Assembly: GCA_965603825.1 (NCBI GenBank) | Contig: CBFDEM010000054.1 | Location: 186,001 to 250,000 of the forward strand | DNA length: 64,000 nt | Direction: 5' to 3' | Source of the DNA: Blepharisma stoltei ATCC 30299 | Lineage: Eukaryota > Protista > Ciliophora | In this document: one piece after another, positions 36,899 to 48,746 of the stretch | How the letters are laid out: each line of letters opens with the position of its first letter | How positions within the stretch are numbered: position 1 is the stretch's first letter | Notes under the pieces: generated by a model | What the model was told of the DNA's origin: nothing | Database searches by the model: none | Seen by the model: the letters and a program-made list of their open reading frames with translations, nothing else | Translations under genes and position numbers: made by a program

Positions 36899-37618
36899 TT
36901 ATCCACCTTTTATATTTTTAATCTCTGTTTCCAGTATCACATTTTTGTATCTCAACTGCTCAATTTGCCTAGTAACATCTTCAACTGTATGTAGCAATGC
37001 GAGGTATTTTTGTTCCATCTGTCTCCTTGACATGCTATTGTTTTCTTTATCTTCATAAATCCACTCTCTCTGCCTTTGCAGTGATATCCTCAAGTTCGAA
37101 ATATTACTTTCTACATCTTCAATGCTTTTTTCATTCATTTGTCTTAGCGGGGTGAAAGCTCTGACAGAGTTTATTTTAGATTTTTCTTCATTTTCCATAA
37201 CTGAATTTCTTCTCTCAGTCAAAACTTTTCTGAAATCTATTTGCTCTTTATTAGAAAGCCAAGTAATGTTACTTTTGCAAACGTTATTTAAATCAAGATT
37301 CAGCCTTTGATTATCAATTGAAATAGGCTCAGGCTTTACAGGCTGAATAAGTCTTGGCTGAGGAGTTACGAATCTTGGCTTTGCATTTTGAATGCTTTGA
37401 TTTTCAGATTGAGAAGGCTGGTATTTTTTTGGAGATTTAACGTATGATGAATTGAGCCTATTTTCTAATGAACTTATTCGATCTTTTAACTCGTATGCTT
37501 GATGCTGTTGTATTCTAATGTCTGAAAGTAGAGAATGAACTTCTACTGGAGATGGAGAAGGTCTTCTTTTAGGGGTAGGGTCTCTTGATAAGGAAATTTT
37601 TCTAACTGGGGTTTGCAT
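36899..37618 (-). CDS. Hypothetical protein
   Basis: 239-aa ATG-TAA ORF. Confidence 0.7.
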   Translation of the reverse strand: MQTPVRKISLSRDPTPKRRPSPSPVEVHSLLSDIRIQQHQAYELKDRISSLENRLNSSYVKSPKKYQPSQSENQSIQNAKPRFVTPQPRLIQPVKPEPISIDNQRLNLDLNNVCKSNITWLSNKEQIDFRKVLTERRNSVMENEEKSKINSVRAFTPLRQMNEKSIEDVESNISNLRISLQRQREWIYEDKENNSMSRRQMEQKYLALLHTVEDVTRQIEQLRYKNVILETEIKNIKGG

Positions 37619-37822
37619 TTTTGAATAAATAATTTAAAATTATGAAGCAGAATAGTTTGGGATTTGTAATAAATAATTATTATACTTTTATTTTTCTCTT
37701 AAATAAGCACTAAATATCTATCTTAAAACTTGCATAGATTGATAATTCTAAGAGTTTCGCTATTCGAATGACGAAAAAATAATTATTCAAGAATAAATCT
37801 TTTATTTTAATAAGGTATTACC

Positions 37823-38071
37823 TTACATGCTAATGTCCTTATCAATCTCAATAGGTGGTAGAGCTTTACTAAGTGTTGTCACCTCACTTCTACTAATTTC
37901 TTTTCCATTTCTGAATTCACGGATCTTAAAGCCTGTCTTCCCTGAAGCTTGCAAAAGATTTCTACGTGGGCCAGCAGCGAACTTTGTTGTAAGATTTATC
38001 GAGTGACACCACATGCGATTCCAACTCAGCTTTCCATAATACCAGCCAAGAATATGATTCACTCCTCCCAT
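37823..38071 (-). CDS. Small basic 82-aa protein of unknown function
   Basis: ATG in an AT-rich context (taaataaATG), GC-richer coding island, TAA stop. Confidence 0.65.
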   Translation of the reverse strand: MGGVNHILGWYYGKLSWNRMWCHSINLTTKFAAGPRRNLLQASGKTGFKIREFRNGKEISRSEVTTLSKALPPIEIDKDISM

Positions 38072-38222
38072 TTATTTATATTAGAAAATTTATTTAGTTT
38101 ATTTACAAAAAATACTTCAATTGCTCAGCTATTAGAGAACTAAAACTCAATTAATTTAACAATATTTTTAATTAAAATTAGCCCTTTATTATTCATGTAG
38201 CAACAATTAAATTCTCATAAAA

Positions 38223-38927
38223 ATGAGATTCGAAGTTCTCCACCCACAGCTTGAAGACATCCCAGGCAAGAAAAAAAGAGGCCTTAAGCGATTTGACAAC
38301 CATAAAAATCTCAACTCTCCAGAGTTTGCCCTTTCTCACTCACAAGAAAGCAGCCTTTCTCCTCCTAGAAAACTCGAAATTCGAGACACTTCAATTCTTG
38401 AAACTAAAAGGCTTCAAGAAGAATTAAAGAAAAAAGATGAGCAAATATTTAAACTAAGAAAACAAATAGAAATAAAAAAAGAGTCGCAAGTTCTTAATAA
38501 GCCTATGCTTGGAAACGCTTTATCAGTTACAAGGTCTCAATCCCCAAAAATCAACTCTAATACTCGGCATAGACCAAAGCCTACAAAGCAAGAAATAAGT
38601 AATGAGTATGCTGGAAGAATATCTCCAAAGTCACAAAGTGATGAAATTGGACAAACTTCTCCACGCTCATACTCTGAGGTACAAAGATATGCATCTTTTG
38701 ATGGAAGAAACATTAATAACTTAAGCTTCGATACTTCAACTTATTTCCCAAATAGCCAGCTGAAATATACAAAGAGACATCCAAAAGTTTTAACAAATAA
38801 CCCAATTTTGGGATATGTGATAAATAGTAGTGCATATAGAGATGGCAGCTTATCGCCAGAAAGAAGAAAAGGGATGGCTGATTATGGTACAATGATGATG
38901 GGAGCGGCAAAAGCTGCGAACCAATAA
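38223..38927 (+). CDS. Hypothetical protein
   Basis: 234-aa ORF. Confidence 0.7.
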   Translation: MRFEVLHPQLEDIPGKKKRGLKRFDNHKNLNSPEFALSHSQESSLSPPRKLEIRDTSILETKRLQEELKKKDEQIFKLRKQIEIKKESQVLNKPMLGNALSVTRSQSPKINSNTRHRPKPTKQEISNEYAGRISPKSQSDEIGQTSPRSYSEVQRYASFDGRNINNLSFDTSTYFPNSQLKYTKRHPKVLTNNPILGYVINSSAYRDGSLSPERRKGMADYGTMMMGAAKAANQ

Positions 38928-39305
38928 ATTAATAGTTTGCTAGTAAAATTAATATAGAATTAGTGAAGTGTGGCCATTTATATTTTTCAGATTCGCAAAA
39001 TTCATAGTTTGAGCTAATGATATAATTCTTTCCAAAGAACCAGAAGTCTTCTTCAATCCTAAACGACCCTCTTTAAAGGTCAGCTAAAGCTCTTTGTCAT
39101 TTCAAATATAAAACTATGGCTATAATTATCTAAATAATTTATAAAGCAACTGTAATTATCATATAAGTCCCAAAAACCTTAAATATTTTATTCTTTTAAT
39201 CATTAAGCTCTCTAAATTCCTTACAATTCAACAAAATGTTAAAAGGGGTCTTAATAAACGATAAACAAAGCTCTTACAATCACAAGCCTACATAATAAAT
39301 AAAAT

Positions 39306-40058
39306 ATGAAAGTTAAGGTTGAAAACCTTGCTCAAGATATCACAGCAGACATGCTCAAAAATGAATTCCGAAGAATTGGAGTTCGTAGTGTCGAGCTTCA
39401 CAACCAAGACGAAAATCATTGGGCATTTTTAGATTTTCTTGATATCGTTCAAGTACAAAGAGCAATTAAAGAATTTGACGGAAAAGAATTAGGAGGCAAA
39501 AAAATCCACTTATCGAAGCATGATGAAGTGATCGTGCTCAATTCTAATAGAGCAGCAAGGCGCTCAAGATCTAGATCTCCACCATCTGGACAAGTGATAA
39601 AGTTACCGTCATCAAAATCTCAAGCAGGCTCAGGAGTCGCTGTTTTGCCTTTTGGAAAACCTATAAATAAGCCAGCACCAGTTCATGAAGAAATTAAAAC
39701 TGAGTCAAATGGAAAAAGCCATTCACCTGCAAAAGAGCCTCAAAAATTAAATACAGAAGAAGTAAAGGTCGAGCCAAAGACGGTAGTAGTTCAAAAGCCG
39801 ACAGATACTCCAAAAGTGGAAGAAAAGAAAACAGTTCAAAAGGAAGAGCCAAAAATTGTGGAAGAAAAGAAGAAAGTTGATGAAGAAATAAAACATGATA
39901 ATGAAGATGATGTAATGGTAGTTGCTGATGATGGAAGCAAGCTATTAAAAACTGACGATCCTGCAAAACTTCACTGTATTTCTTGCGACAAAACAATAGC
40001 GAAAAAATCATTAAAAAATCACATAGGCACAAAAGCTCATAAGGAAAGCATAAAATAA
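39306..40058 (+). CDS. RRM + short RS motif + C2H2 zinc finger protein
   Basis: RNP2-like VKVENL, RNP1-like HWAFLDF, RRSRSRSP, and CISC..HIGTKAH. Confidence 0.8.
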   Translation: MKVKVENLAQDITADMLKNEFRRIGVRSVELHNQDENHWAFLDFLDIVQVQRAIKEFDGKELGGKKIHLSKHDEVIVLNSNRAARRSRSRSPPSGQVIKLPSSKSQAGSGVAVLPFGKPINKPAPVHEEIKTESNGKSHSPAKEPQKLNTEEVKVEPKTVVVQKPTDTPKVEEKKTVQKEEPKIVEEKKKVDEEIKHDNEDDVMVVADDGSKLLKTDDPAKLHCISCDKTIAKKSLKNHIGTKAHKESIK

Positions 40059-40136
40059 TGATTTAAATAACTAAATTATTCCCGAAAAATTGTAGCAATA
40101 TCTTTCGATTCTATATAACCTTAAATATTTAATTTA

Positions 40137-40673
40137 ATGGGCATTTGTTCAGGCAAATCTTCAGTTCAAGTAGCCAATTCACAAATGCCAGCGATTCATG
40201 AGGTAAGCGAAGACGACTATTTTATGATGGAAATCGACTCCCGTGAAAAAATAGCTAAGTTAAAAGAAAAATTTCCAAATTTCACAGTCACGGATATCAA
40301 GATGGTAAAGAAGCCAGACGACGAAGGATCTCCTCACAATCATGTCGTTCTAGATTTAAAGTTTGAGGAAGACTTAGTACCACCAAAAATTGTAAAGATG
40401 TTTATTGAATTTTTCAAAACAAAATTTATTATATCTATCGGGAAAATTAACTATATAAACCAACGCTGCAATTTAATTGCGGCTAAACTACTCAAAGATT
40501 TGCTTCCAGAGCCTGGACAAGTATTTAGAGGAAAGCTCCACAGTATACTAGATTGGGTTTTTGAAAATAAAACAAGGCATATGATAGCAAATTCAAATTC
40601 AGCAGATAAAGACTTTGGAGCGATTTTTTTTAATCATCTTATGAGTTTGTTTAGACCAAAACCGATTAAATAA
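40137..40673 (+). CDS. Hypothetical protein with predicted N-acylation (MGICSG)
   Basis: 178-aa ORF. Confidence 0.7.
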   Translation: MGICSGKSSVQVANSQMPAIHEVSEDDYFMMEIDSREKIAKLKEKFPNFTVTDIKMVKKPDDEGSPHNHVVLDLKFEEDLVPPKIVKMFIEFFKTKFIISIGKINYINQRCNLIAAKLLKDLLPEPGQVFRGKLHSILDWVFENKTRHMIANSNSADKDFGAIFFNHLMSLFRPKPIK

Positions 40674-40888
40674 CAATTTTAAAATAATTTTTTTTTAAAG
40701 AATCAAATCGTTGGGAATTTCATATGGAGATAATCTACCTTTTTTATATAAATAACTCTGGAGAATTTTGCTTCTGTTTTCTTTAGGCAATTTTATTAAA
40801 AATAATAATTTCCACTCACAAAGCAACTCAATTAAAGCCCATACTAGACACTAAAAACTGAAATCGCCCTTTTCATTTTTTATAATAA

Positions 40889-41599
40889 ATGAATAAACAC
40901 AAGCGAGTTCCTTCAGCAATTCCACATATCAAAAAAGAGTTTCTTGAAGACGAGCCTGGAAGATTTCTCATCTCCCAAGGAGTTGGCAAAGAGCAAAGCT
41001 CTTCTTCAATGAATTCTTCCTCGAGCTATGAAGCCGTTCAGCACAACTTCGTCGTCCCATTTGACGAATTTAAACAAAAAACTCTGGAATTTCTAAAAAA
41101 CCAAAACTCAAAGCCACCATTAAAACCTACCCCAGGAAACCCTTCATTAAACTCTTCATCAAGTGAGAACTCAAGCTTCCACAACCCCAAACAGCCAGCT
41201 ACACTATATCCGCTTGGGGAAAAGTCTTGTGAGGATTCTTCTGACTCACAAAAACATTTTAGGACGAAAAGCTGCTTAAATCCAAGAGGGGAGTTGTCAG
41301 CTGCTATGAAAGATATACAGGAATATCAAACGGCACACCAAAAGAAATTAGAATTCATCAGGAAAGACGTAAAGCAGCAGCTGTTACAGATGGTTATGCA
41401 ACAAAACCCATCTGATATAGATACTGATAGGATGCCTGATTTAAGAGAGTCAGTTGAGTCGACAGAAACCTTGAGTGGCCCGGGAAGTTCGGTAAATCAA
41501 ATAGACGAAATGAGCTGGGTGAAGCTAGATAACTCTATTGAGCACTCAGGAATTGACAAGCGTGTTTCTTCGATTTTAAAGAAAATTGATTCGTGCTAA
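40889..41599 (+). CDS. Hypothetical Ser-rich protein
   Basis: 236-aa ORF. Confidence 0.7.
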   Translation: MNKHKRVPSAIPHIKKEFLEDEPGRFLISQGVGKEQSSSSMNSSSSYEAVQHNFVVPFDEFKQKTLEFLKNQNSKPPLKPTPGNPSLNSSSSENSSFHNPKQPATLYPLGEKSCEDSSDSQKHFRTKSCLNPRGELSAAMKDIQEYQTAHQKKLEFIRKDVKQQLLQMVMQQNPSDIDTDRMPDLRESVESTETLSGPGSSVNQIDEMSWVKLDNSIEHSGIDKRVSSILKKIDSC

Positions 41600-42038
41600 T
41601 TAATATGTGTTCTAAATGTCAAGAAAAGGTAAATAATTCAGTTTATAGCAGATTGTTATATAATAATCCTAATTGAAAATTAACCTGCTTTAAGAAAAAT
41701 AATGCTTTAAATTATTATTTGTTAGATCACAGCACTTAAAATAAGAAATTTATCATATTATAATTTATAGCTCAAAGCAAGTTCCGCAAAGACTAAATAT
41801 TTTTAAGCGTCAAATTGAAGCTATCTCTTATACTATTATGGAGAAATCCAATGAAGTGTATCTCAAAGACAGCTAATTTGATTCAGCCATTTGAGTTTAT
41901 TTGCATATAGTATGCATTATTGATATATTCAATTATCAATTTCTAATAATTCTTAATATATAAATACAAATTCATAAAGAATTTTTTATTATATATTTGA
42001 GAGCTAAATAGAGAAGATAATTATAATTAATATCATAA

Positions 42039-43391
42039 ATGGATAGACCAAATGTAGCACGAAATTTTAGCAATACCTCAACTATGAAATCTCCATCAAC
42101 ATCTGACTTTACTGTGATTTCAGATCAAGAACTCAGCCATTTCCAAAAAATGAGTAAATTCTAAGCAGTCTCTGATTCAGAAAAAATTAAAGAGCTTTGG
42201 AGGAAGTTCAGAGAAGGCTCAAACTCCAAAAATGGGAAAATCGCCAAAGACACCTTTATCACATTGGTGAAAAAGCATTTTAAGCTCTTAAATGACAACA
42301 TTCCCAGCCTTTTATTCAGAAGTAATCATCATTTAGGATTTGGGATAAGACGTTACACAGAAAAAGGCCAGACTGAAGTTTTAGATAACAAAATAGAATT
42401 GCATGATATTATACTAGCATTAACTTTACTATCAAGAATGACGTATGAGAAAAAGCTTGAGCTGGTATTTGATTTAACTGATGTAGATGAAGATGGATGT
42501 TTATCCCCAGACGAAATCTTTAGGATGATTGAAGGTATTGAAAGAGTTTTTGCCAAAGAAAATTCTGATATAAAGCTGGACAGTCGAATTCTTCAAGAAG
42601 AACTGAGTAGGGAAAAAGCAATCAGAAAATATGATTGGGCTATGAAAAGCGTAGGGCAGCTTGAATCTCGGTGCATGAAAGAAGACGGGCTCGTTACTTT
42701 TCAAGAATTCAATGAAGTCCTAGTCAAAATGCCTTTGCTGAGAAGCCAATTTTTGCCGAGATATACAGATCTAAAATCAGTTTTAAGAAACGCTTATATG
42801 GAGCCTGCTTTAGAAGTTTCTGATGAAAGACTTGAAGATTTTTTGGTTTTTCGCTATGAAATGCAGGCTCTTTTTTCAGACAGCGTAAAATCTGCAAGAA
42901 AAAGAAGATGAAGAGAATTGGCAGAAACCCAAGACGCTATTGAAAGGCTGCCTTCAATTCAAAAACCATCAAAAATCAAAGCACAGCCTGATTATGTCCA
43001 CAAAGAATGCCCTGGACTTGTGAGAACTAGTGAAAATAGAGATATTGCGCTGCCTCCTGGTGTGTGGGAATACAACTCAATGGGAAATAAAGTGTATGTC
43101 AGAGAAAGCAATATTAAGGGCAAAGTCGAGGTAAAACAAGTAGACCGAGATAAAGCACTAGCAATGATAATTCCTGAAAGACCTGTCAAAAAAGCATTGG
43201 AGGCGCTTAAAAGGCAGCATGAAAATGAGCATACTAGGAATGAGGATGAAGAAGCAGTTAGTTGCGAGGCTCTCATTTCAAAAGTTAATGCACAGGTGGA
43301 TGATACTAAAAGAAAAAAGAAAGAAATTCAGCCTTATATTGTAATTCATCCAAATACGAACCCAAATAAGGTTTTAAGGGAGCTAAAATAA
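42039..43391 (+). CDS. EF-hand (NCS/calcineurin-B-like) protein; introns 42154-42168 and 42322-42336
   Basis: EKKLELVFDLTDVDEDGCLSPDEI and DGLVTFQEF; TGA 42909 links the ORFs; ATG 42039. Confidence 0.8.
42154..42168 (+). other. 15-nt intron
   Basis: GTAAATTCTAAGCAG; in-frame TAA. Confidence 0.85.
42322..42336 (+). other. Probable 15-nt intron (stop-free)
   Basis: GTAATCATCATTTAG; removal gives LFRRFG. Confidence 0.7.
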
Positions 43392-43422
43392 TTTTGATAT
43401 AAAATAGATTTAGTTAGTCATT

Positions 43423-43755
43423 TTAACGATCGTCTCCGCAAAAAGAGGTATTTGGAGTATTTTCTCCAGATCTCATTGACTTATGAGTCGATGCCCGAGT
43501 AACTAAGTAGATAGCGCTGGAAGTTTTCGCTTCGGATTTACCAGTATAGTTCATATACTGAGCTTTCCTTCTATCAAGGAAGCCTCTTAATATTCCTTGA
43601 ATTTTTATAATGTCTGAATGCTTGAAAGTTTGCTTAGATAAAAGCGGAGGAGCTACTTAAGTTATACCTTTTGATTCTGGCCTTTCCTCTTCGATTACGT
43701 GAAGTTGATACTCATCATCTGACTTAGATTTTAAGCATGAACAATTATTACCCAT
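43423..43755 (-). CDS. 105-aa N-acylated IQ-motif microprotein not in the ORF track; intron 43653-43667
   Basis: MGNNCSCLK..ESK|[28 protein letters not shown]. Confidence 0.75.
43653..43667 (-). other. 15-nt intron
   Basis: GTATAACTTAAGTAG; in-frame TAA. Confidence 0.8.
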
Positions 43756-43917
43756 TATATTTGGATTAATTAGTTTAATTCAAAAAACTAGTTTAATAAG
43801 AAGAAATTATTTAAATATTCTATAAAGATTTTAAAAAATTAATATTATTTTAACAAAAATCCCAAGAATTTTGAAGCCATAAGAGAATTAATTATTAAAT
43901 TAAGAATTTCTCACTTC

Positions 43918-44904
43918 CTAAGCTGTTTGTACTTCATCCAATTTTGCAAGCCCAGAGAATATTTTTTCAGCAGTTTCTTTTGGATTATCAAAATAAAGTT
44001 GATGCCCTGCATTAGAAACAATTTCAATAACAACATTTTGTGAGTTTATTTCTTTGTTTTGATGTGCTCCATCTATTTTCATCCAGTCTGTGTCTCCATA
44101 AAGGAAAAGAATTGGGACATTTTTCAATCTATCGCATAGTGGCGAATAGGCATATTGAAATTCTCTCAAAATTTCTGGCAATGCATGCTCTCCACTTCCA
44201 GGGCATAAATTTACCTGCTGAAAATAAATCTTCACTAACGCTAGCTCTTCTTCTTTCCATCCTCTGAAAGACCCAGTCAAATAATGATTTACAAACTTCT
44301 TTCCAAATGGACCTATTTTTCTTAAAATTGTTGCAGGAGTTATATTTTTCCTTCATAAATAATGAGAAAATTTATGAAGTAGATTTTGGAAGAAGCTAAG
44401 TTTTTTAACAGGTTCATTTTCTTTAACTTTAGAAACTCCAGCAGGAGATATCAAAATTAATTTTTCAACCCTATCAGGGTGCTCTTCTGTATAGCATCCA
44501 GCAATATAGCCTCCAAAAGAATGTCCACATAGTATCATTTTTTCTAGGCCTAAATATTGCCTGCATACTTCTAATGGTTTTGTAAAAAATTCTTCACTTT
44601 CTTTGTGACCTTTAGCTGTGAAGTTTGGCCTGCTTGATCTTCCCATTCCAAGAAGGTCTAAGCAGTAAACTCGATAATGAAGGGCCAAATGCCTTAAGAT
44701 TTTGAAAAACATCATCCCCATTCCAAGATAGCCATGAAGGAGAACTAATGGTGGATTAGATGATTCACCGGCCATAAGGCAATAAATTGAATGATATTCA
44801 TTAATAGGTATCCTCTGTGTGGTAATATTGACTCCTGACAAAGAAATCAGCTTCTTTTCTGCTTCTTCAAGAGCTTGGAAGTTAAGAGCAGACCATTGAA
44901 CCAT
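43918..44904 (-). CDS. Alpha/beta hydrolase, ABHD4/ABHD5-like
   Basis: LVLLHGY, DLLGMGRSSRP, GHSFGG, YGDTDW, and HQLYFD (HxxxxD); TGA 44353. Confidence 0.9.
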
Positions 44905-44954
44905 CTAATATTTTCTCTTAAAAATGGAGACTATTTAATTTCTTATAATAAAAT

Positions 44955-46829
44955 TTAATTTGTTTGTGATTTTATGAATTTCTCAATTAATTTCATGATA
45001 TCTGCAGAGGTCGGGTTAAATACAAAATTAGGAGGGTATTCTATTTTAATCTTTTTAGGATTTTCTTGAGATCCTTGTAATGCTCCTGCAGCTGTGTTAA
45101 GCAAATGTCCTTTGCTTTCATAAAAAGTATTGAGGTCGTTGATATATTTTCTTTTGCATTCTCTTATATATTCAGTTAAAATTCTGTCCCTTTGAAAGTC
45201 TGGGATATTTGGCATGATTTTTGATGGTGATCGAGATTTGCCTTTTCCTGATTTAGGTTTGGGCCTTGGACTAATATAGGTTGGTATTGTTTGGTTTCAG
45301 AGCTCTATTAGAGAGCTCCACCTTTCATTTTTCTTTTTTACGTACTCTGCCCAAGCTTTTTGAATCTTTTCAGCACAGGAATAATAGTCTTCGAAATGGG
45401 TCGGAATTTCTCTCATTCTGGCACTCATTCTTATCAAGCTTAAAATCTTTTTCTTGACTGTTTTTTCCATTATCATTTTTATACTGCTACAATACAGTTT
45501 CAATAAAGGTCCTGCTCTCAATAAATTAACATCATAAGCAGTCATATCGCTTTGCTTTTTTTTGTAAAACAGCTGCAGCTTCCTAGCAGAGCCATTTTCT
45601 TTTAGCTTCATAAGAGTCTTGCTTTTTTCATTGCACCTTCTTTCATTCATAATTTCATAAGCCTGTGCAAATTTGATTAAAATGATCCACACCCTCTGCT
45701 GTGCTTGCAAAACAGTTTTAGCTTCTTCGAATTCTCTCTTTTTTCTTTCTTCTTCTCTTTTAATTTCATTCCTGATAATCATCATTTCTGCTCTTTTTTT
45801 CTTCTCCAATAAAATTTGCTTTTTTCTTTCGACTGTTTGCTGGTGCCTTATTTCTCATGTTAAAGATTTTTCTGAGAGTTCTGTCACTAATTTTAGGTTT
45901 CTTTTTTGTGTGTATTTTGCTCGATATTTAGTTAAATCTTTTTCCATTTCTCTGGCTACGTCATTTTGATAGTAATCTCTATTTTCTCTTGGCTCGCTTT
46001 TGTTGTGGCTTGAATGATGCTCTTTTTCCCTTCCGAAATGGATTCTAATTGAATAATTTGAATCTGCAATGGCAAAAATTCCTAAGCTTATTGTTTCTGC
46101 TTTGAATTTTAAGCCAGGATCAGAAACTTCAAAAGTGTATGACTTCGAAACTTGGTCATGTGTTGCTTCATTCGGCATAATTGTAGTTCTTGACACATAT
46201 GTTATGACTTTTCCTTTTAAAACTTTTAGCATAACTCTCATAGGGCATTTCTTACCCTTTGTAATTACACGATAGTAATGCCCATCAGCAATTTCCAAAT
46301 AATCATCTACAGCCTCTCCTTCTGTCAGCTCAATTCTTCGATTTCCCAAGCTTTTATTAGAAATCACCATTTCCAGCCTATTCAGCATTTTTGTGAAATC
46401 TTGGTTTGTAGGCAATTTCTTATGACTTAGGTCTGCTTTTAAAGTTTCTTCACGAGTTGAATTAGGAGCATAACTAATTGAAAAAGATTTTTTTGCTAAT
46501 TTTTCATTTTCTATCAGTGTTAATCCACTAATACTGCTTCTAGGAGGTTTTTGAGGGAAATAAAGGTCCATTTCATACTGAGAGTCATCTGGGTTGGCAT
46601 GGTCAATCTCGTCAAAATTTCCTGAGAGATTTTCATGCAGTAAATTATGCCTATTGGTAACCGAAGGCTTATCAATTGTACTGATTAAATTTCCTATAAG
46701 AAGTTTGGGTCTTATAAGCGAAGAAGCTGTCGCGCAGCGAGTTGACAAGGGCTCAGCCAGACTAGCATGGGATCTTTTCGCTACAGAATAAGCAGTTTGA
46801 GGTCTTGATCTGTCAGTATATTTATTCAT
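44955..46829 (-). CDS. Hypothetical protein with IQ-like motifs
   Basis: Three track ORFs join in frame via TGA 45855 and 45297. Confidence 0.75.
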
Positions 46830-46892
46830 TTTTAATACGTTTATAGACTTTAAAAAATGAAACCATTAATTGATTAAGAATGAAATGTTATC

Positions 46893-48101
46893 TTAACTAG
46901 GGCACATTTGCATGTTAGCTCTAATATGATATGCTTGAAGTGACCCTATATAATGCCAAATTGCAGCTGCTACTACAAAACAATGCCAAATATTATGCGA
47001 GTTCCCAAAGTTATCAAATTTTCCTGGGTAAAGTCTTTCTGGCACTCTTGCAATATAAATCAGCACACCTACAATGTAGCTTGCAGCCATCATTAGATAG
47101 CAAGCGAAAGCTGTCAAAAAGTAGTGAGATTCTTCACTAAATAGCGCTTACAAGTAAACCAAATGTACTGCAGGGATAACTCCAAGTAGTCCAAGCACCA
47201 AAAAGATTGTTCCTCGAAACCATCGTAACTCTGCTTTTTGGAATTTTGGCATCATTGATACAGCAAAAACAATTAAGCTTGCAATAGTCATTCCTGTCAA
47301 ATACATAATGATATATTCTAAATAAACGTTACTTTCATGGCAATAAAAAGGATAGTAAATAGCTGGATAAAACGAACCAGCAATTAAAAATGATATCCCC
47401 GCATAGTCCAGCCTCGCCAAAGTGCGACACGCTTCATGCGAATAGTCTTTCCATAAGTGAAAAATAGTAGAGCACCCCAAGCACATAATAGCACTTACTA
47501 AAAATATCACAACAGGCCATCTTGATAAATGATGCCTAATTGCATACTCCGGATAAGGGTTATAAATATCAATCCAATCTAGCTCTTTACTATCAATCAC
47601 TTTAACCAATCTCGCTAGTTTTTCTTTTAAAGGATAGAATTTTTCAGTCCCGTTTAAAGCTTGCAAATCTGCGTAGATATCAGTGATTTTATGCTCAAGT
47701 CTTTCTCCATAAGAATGAGCTTCATGAAGCAAATCTATAAGCTTATCTTGAAAACTCTGTTCATATTTATAAGCAATAGAACCGATTTCGTGGATTGTGG
47801 AAACGCTGACTTGATAGCTGCTGAGTATGGTTGACTTGAGATCTTCAATTATATGAGGGTTAGTGATGCTGGAGCTAATGCCAAACCACGTGACAGTGTA
47901 ATAAATGAACATAATGAACAATATGACTCCAATTAAATGCGTCCATACATTGACTGATTCATTATGTATCATGAATAAGCTTTTTAGGATTCTTTTGGGA
48001 GATCTGAAGTATAAACGGTAGCCCTTATGGATAAAATCATTGTCTCGTAAGAATTCATGCTCTTGATCAATAGAGCCTATCCTTTCTTCAGGAATTTTCA
48101 T
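46893..48101 (-). CDS. PAQR/adiponectin-receptor (HlyIII) family; introns 47318-47332 and 47137-47151
   Basis: HNESVNVWTH, STIFH, LDYAGI, and RVPERLYPGKFDNFGNSHNIWH. Confidence 0.92.
47137..47151 (-). other. 15-nt intron
   Basis: GTAAGCGCTATTTAG; in-frame TAA. Confidence 0.9.
47318..47332 (-). other. Probable 15-nt intron (stop-free)
   Basis: GTAACGTTTATTTAG; removal gives FYCHEKYIIMY. Confidence 0.75.
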
Positions 48102-48746
48102 TTTATTATTACTTATATTGAAATTGGTGCAATTGCTATTTTGTATGATACAGTAAAAGCTTGAGTGGATAATAATTAACCATTAAACATTTTCTTTTAG
48201 GAAGCATGCTTTGCGAGACAGATAAAAGAATTAGAATAACAATATTTTTTTCAACAATTATTGAGAGATTTTATTTTTTGGGTCATATTTCCGCATTCTT
48301 TGTAATCTATACACTTCCTTAAGTCGAGTTAATATTATCATATATTTCCAATTAGTTTATACTCATCTAATAGGTTCTAATGCTAAAGCCCAATATCTCT
48401 TAATCTGCACATGTTTAAAATAATACTCATCTATTAAAACCCATAGTTATTTATATAAAAATGAATCTATTCAATCTTTTTTGAACTATTTATTTATATT
48501 TATCAATTCATGCTTCTTTATAAATGGATTTTTAAAATTTTTTATTATAATTTCTCATTTTCATTAAATTACATCTTTAAAAATTATGAAACAAAATTAT
48601 CTTAATATTGATTATAGTAAATTAACATTAATCTAGAATTATATTCCAAGAAAGTTCTAAACTAATTCGCAACAATTATTTAGAAAAATTAAAGAATAAC
48701 TATATATTTTATAATAAATTTTAGCACTTATTTAAATTTATACTTC

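Noticed and set aside
38940-39170. Coding-looking stretch on the minus strand (RIEEDFWFFGKNY..)
   Set aside because: An in-frame TAA lies upstream, and no ATG or consensus intron rescues it; at most a remnant.
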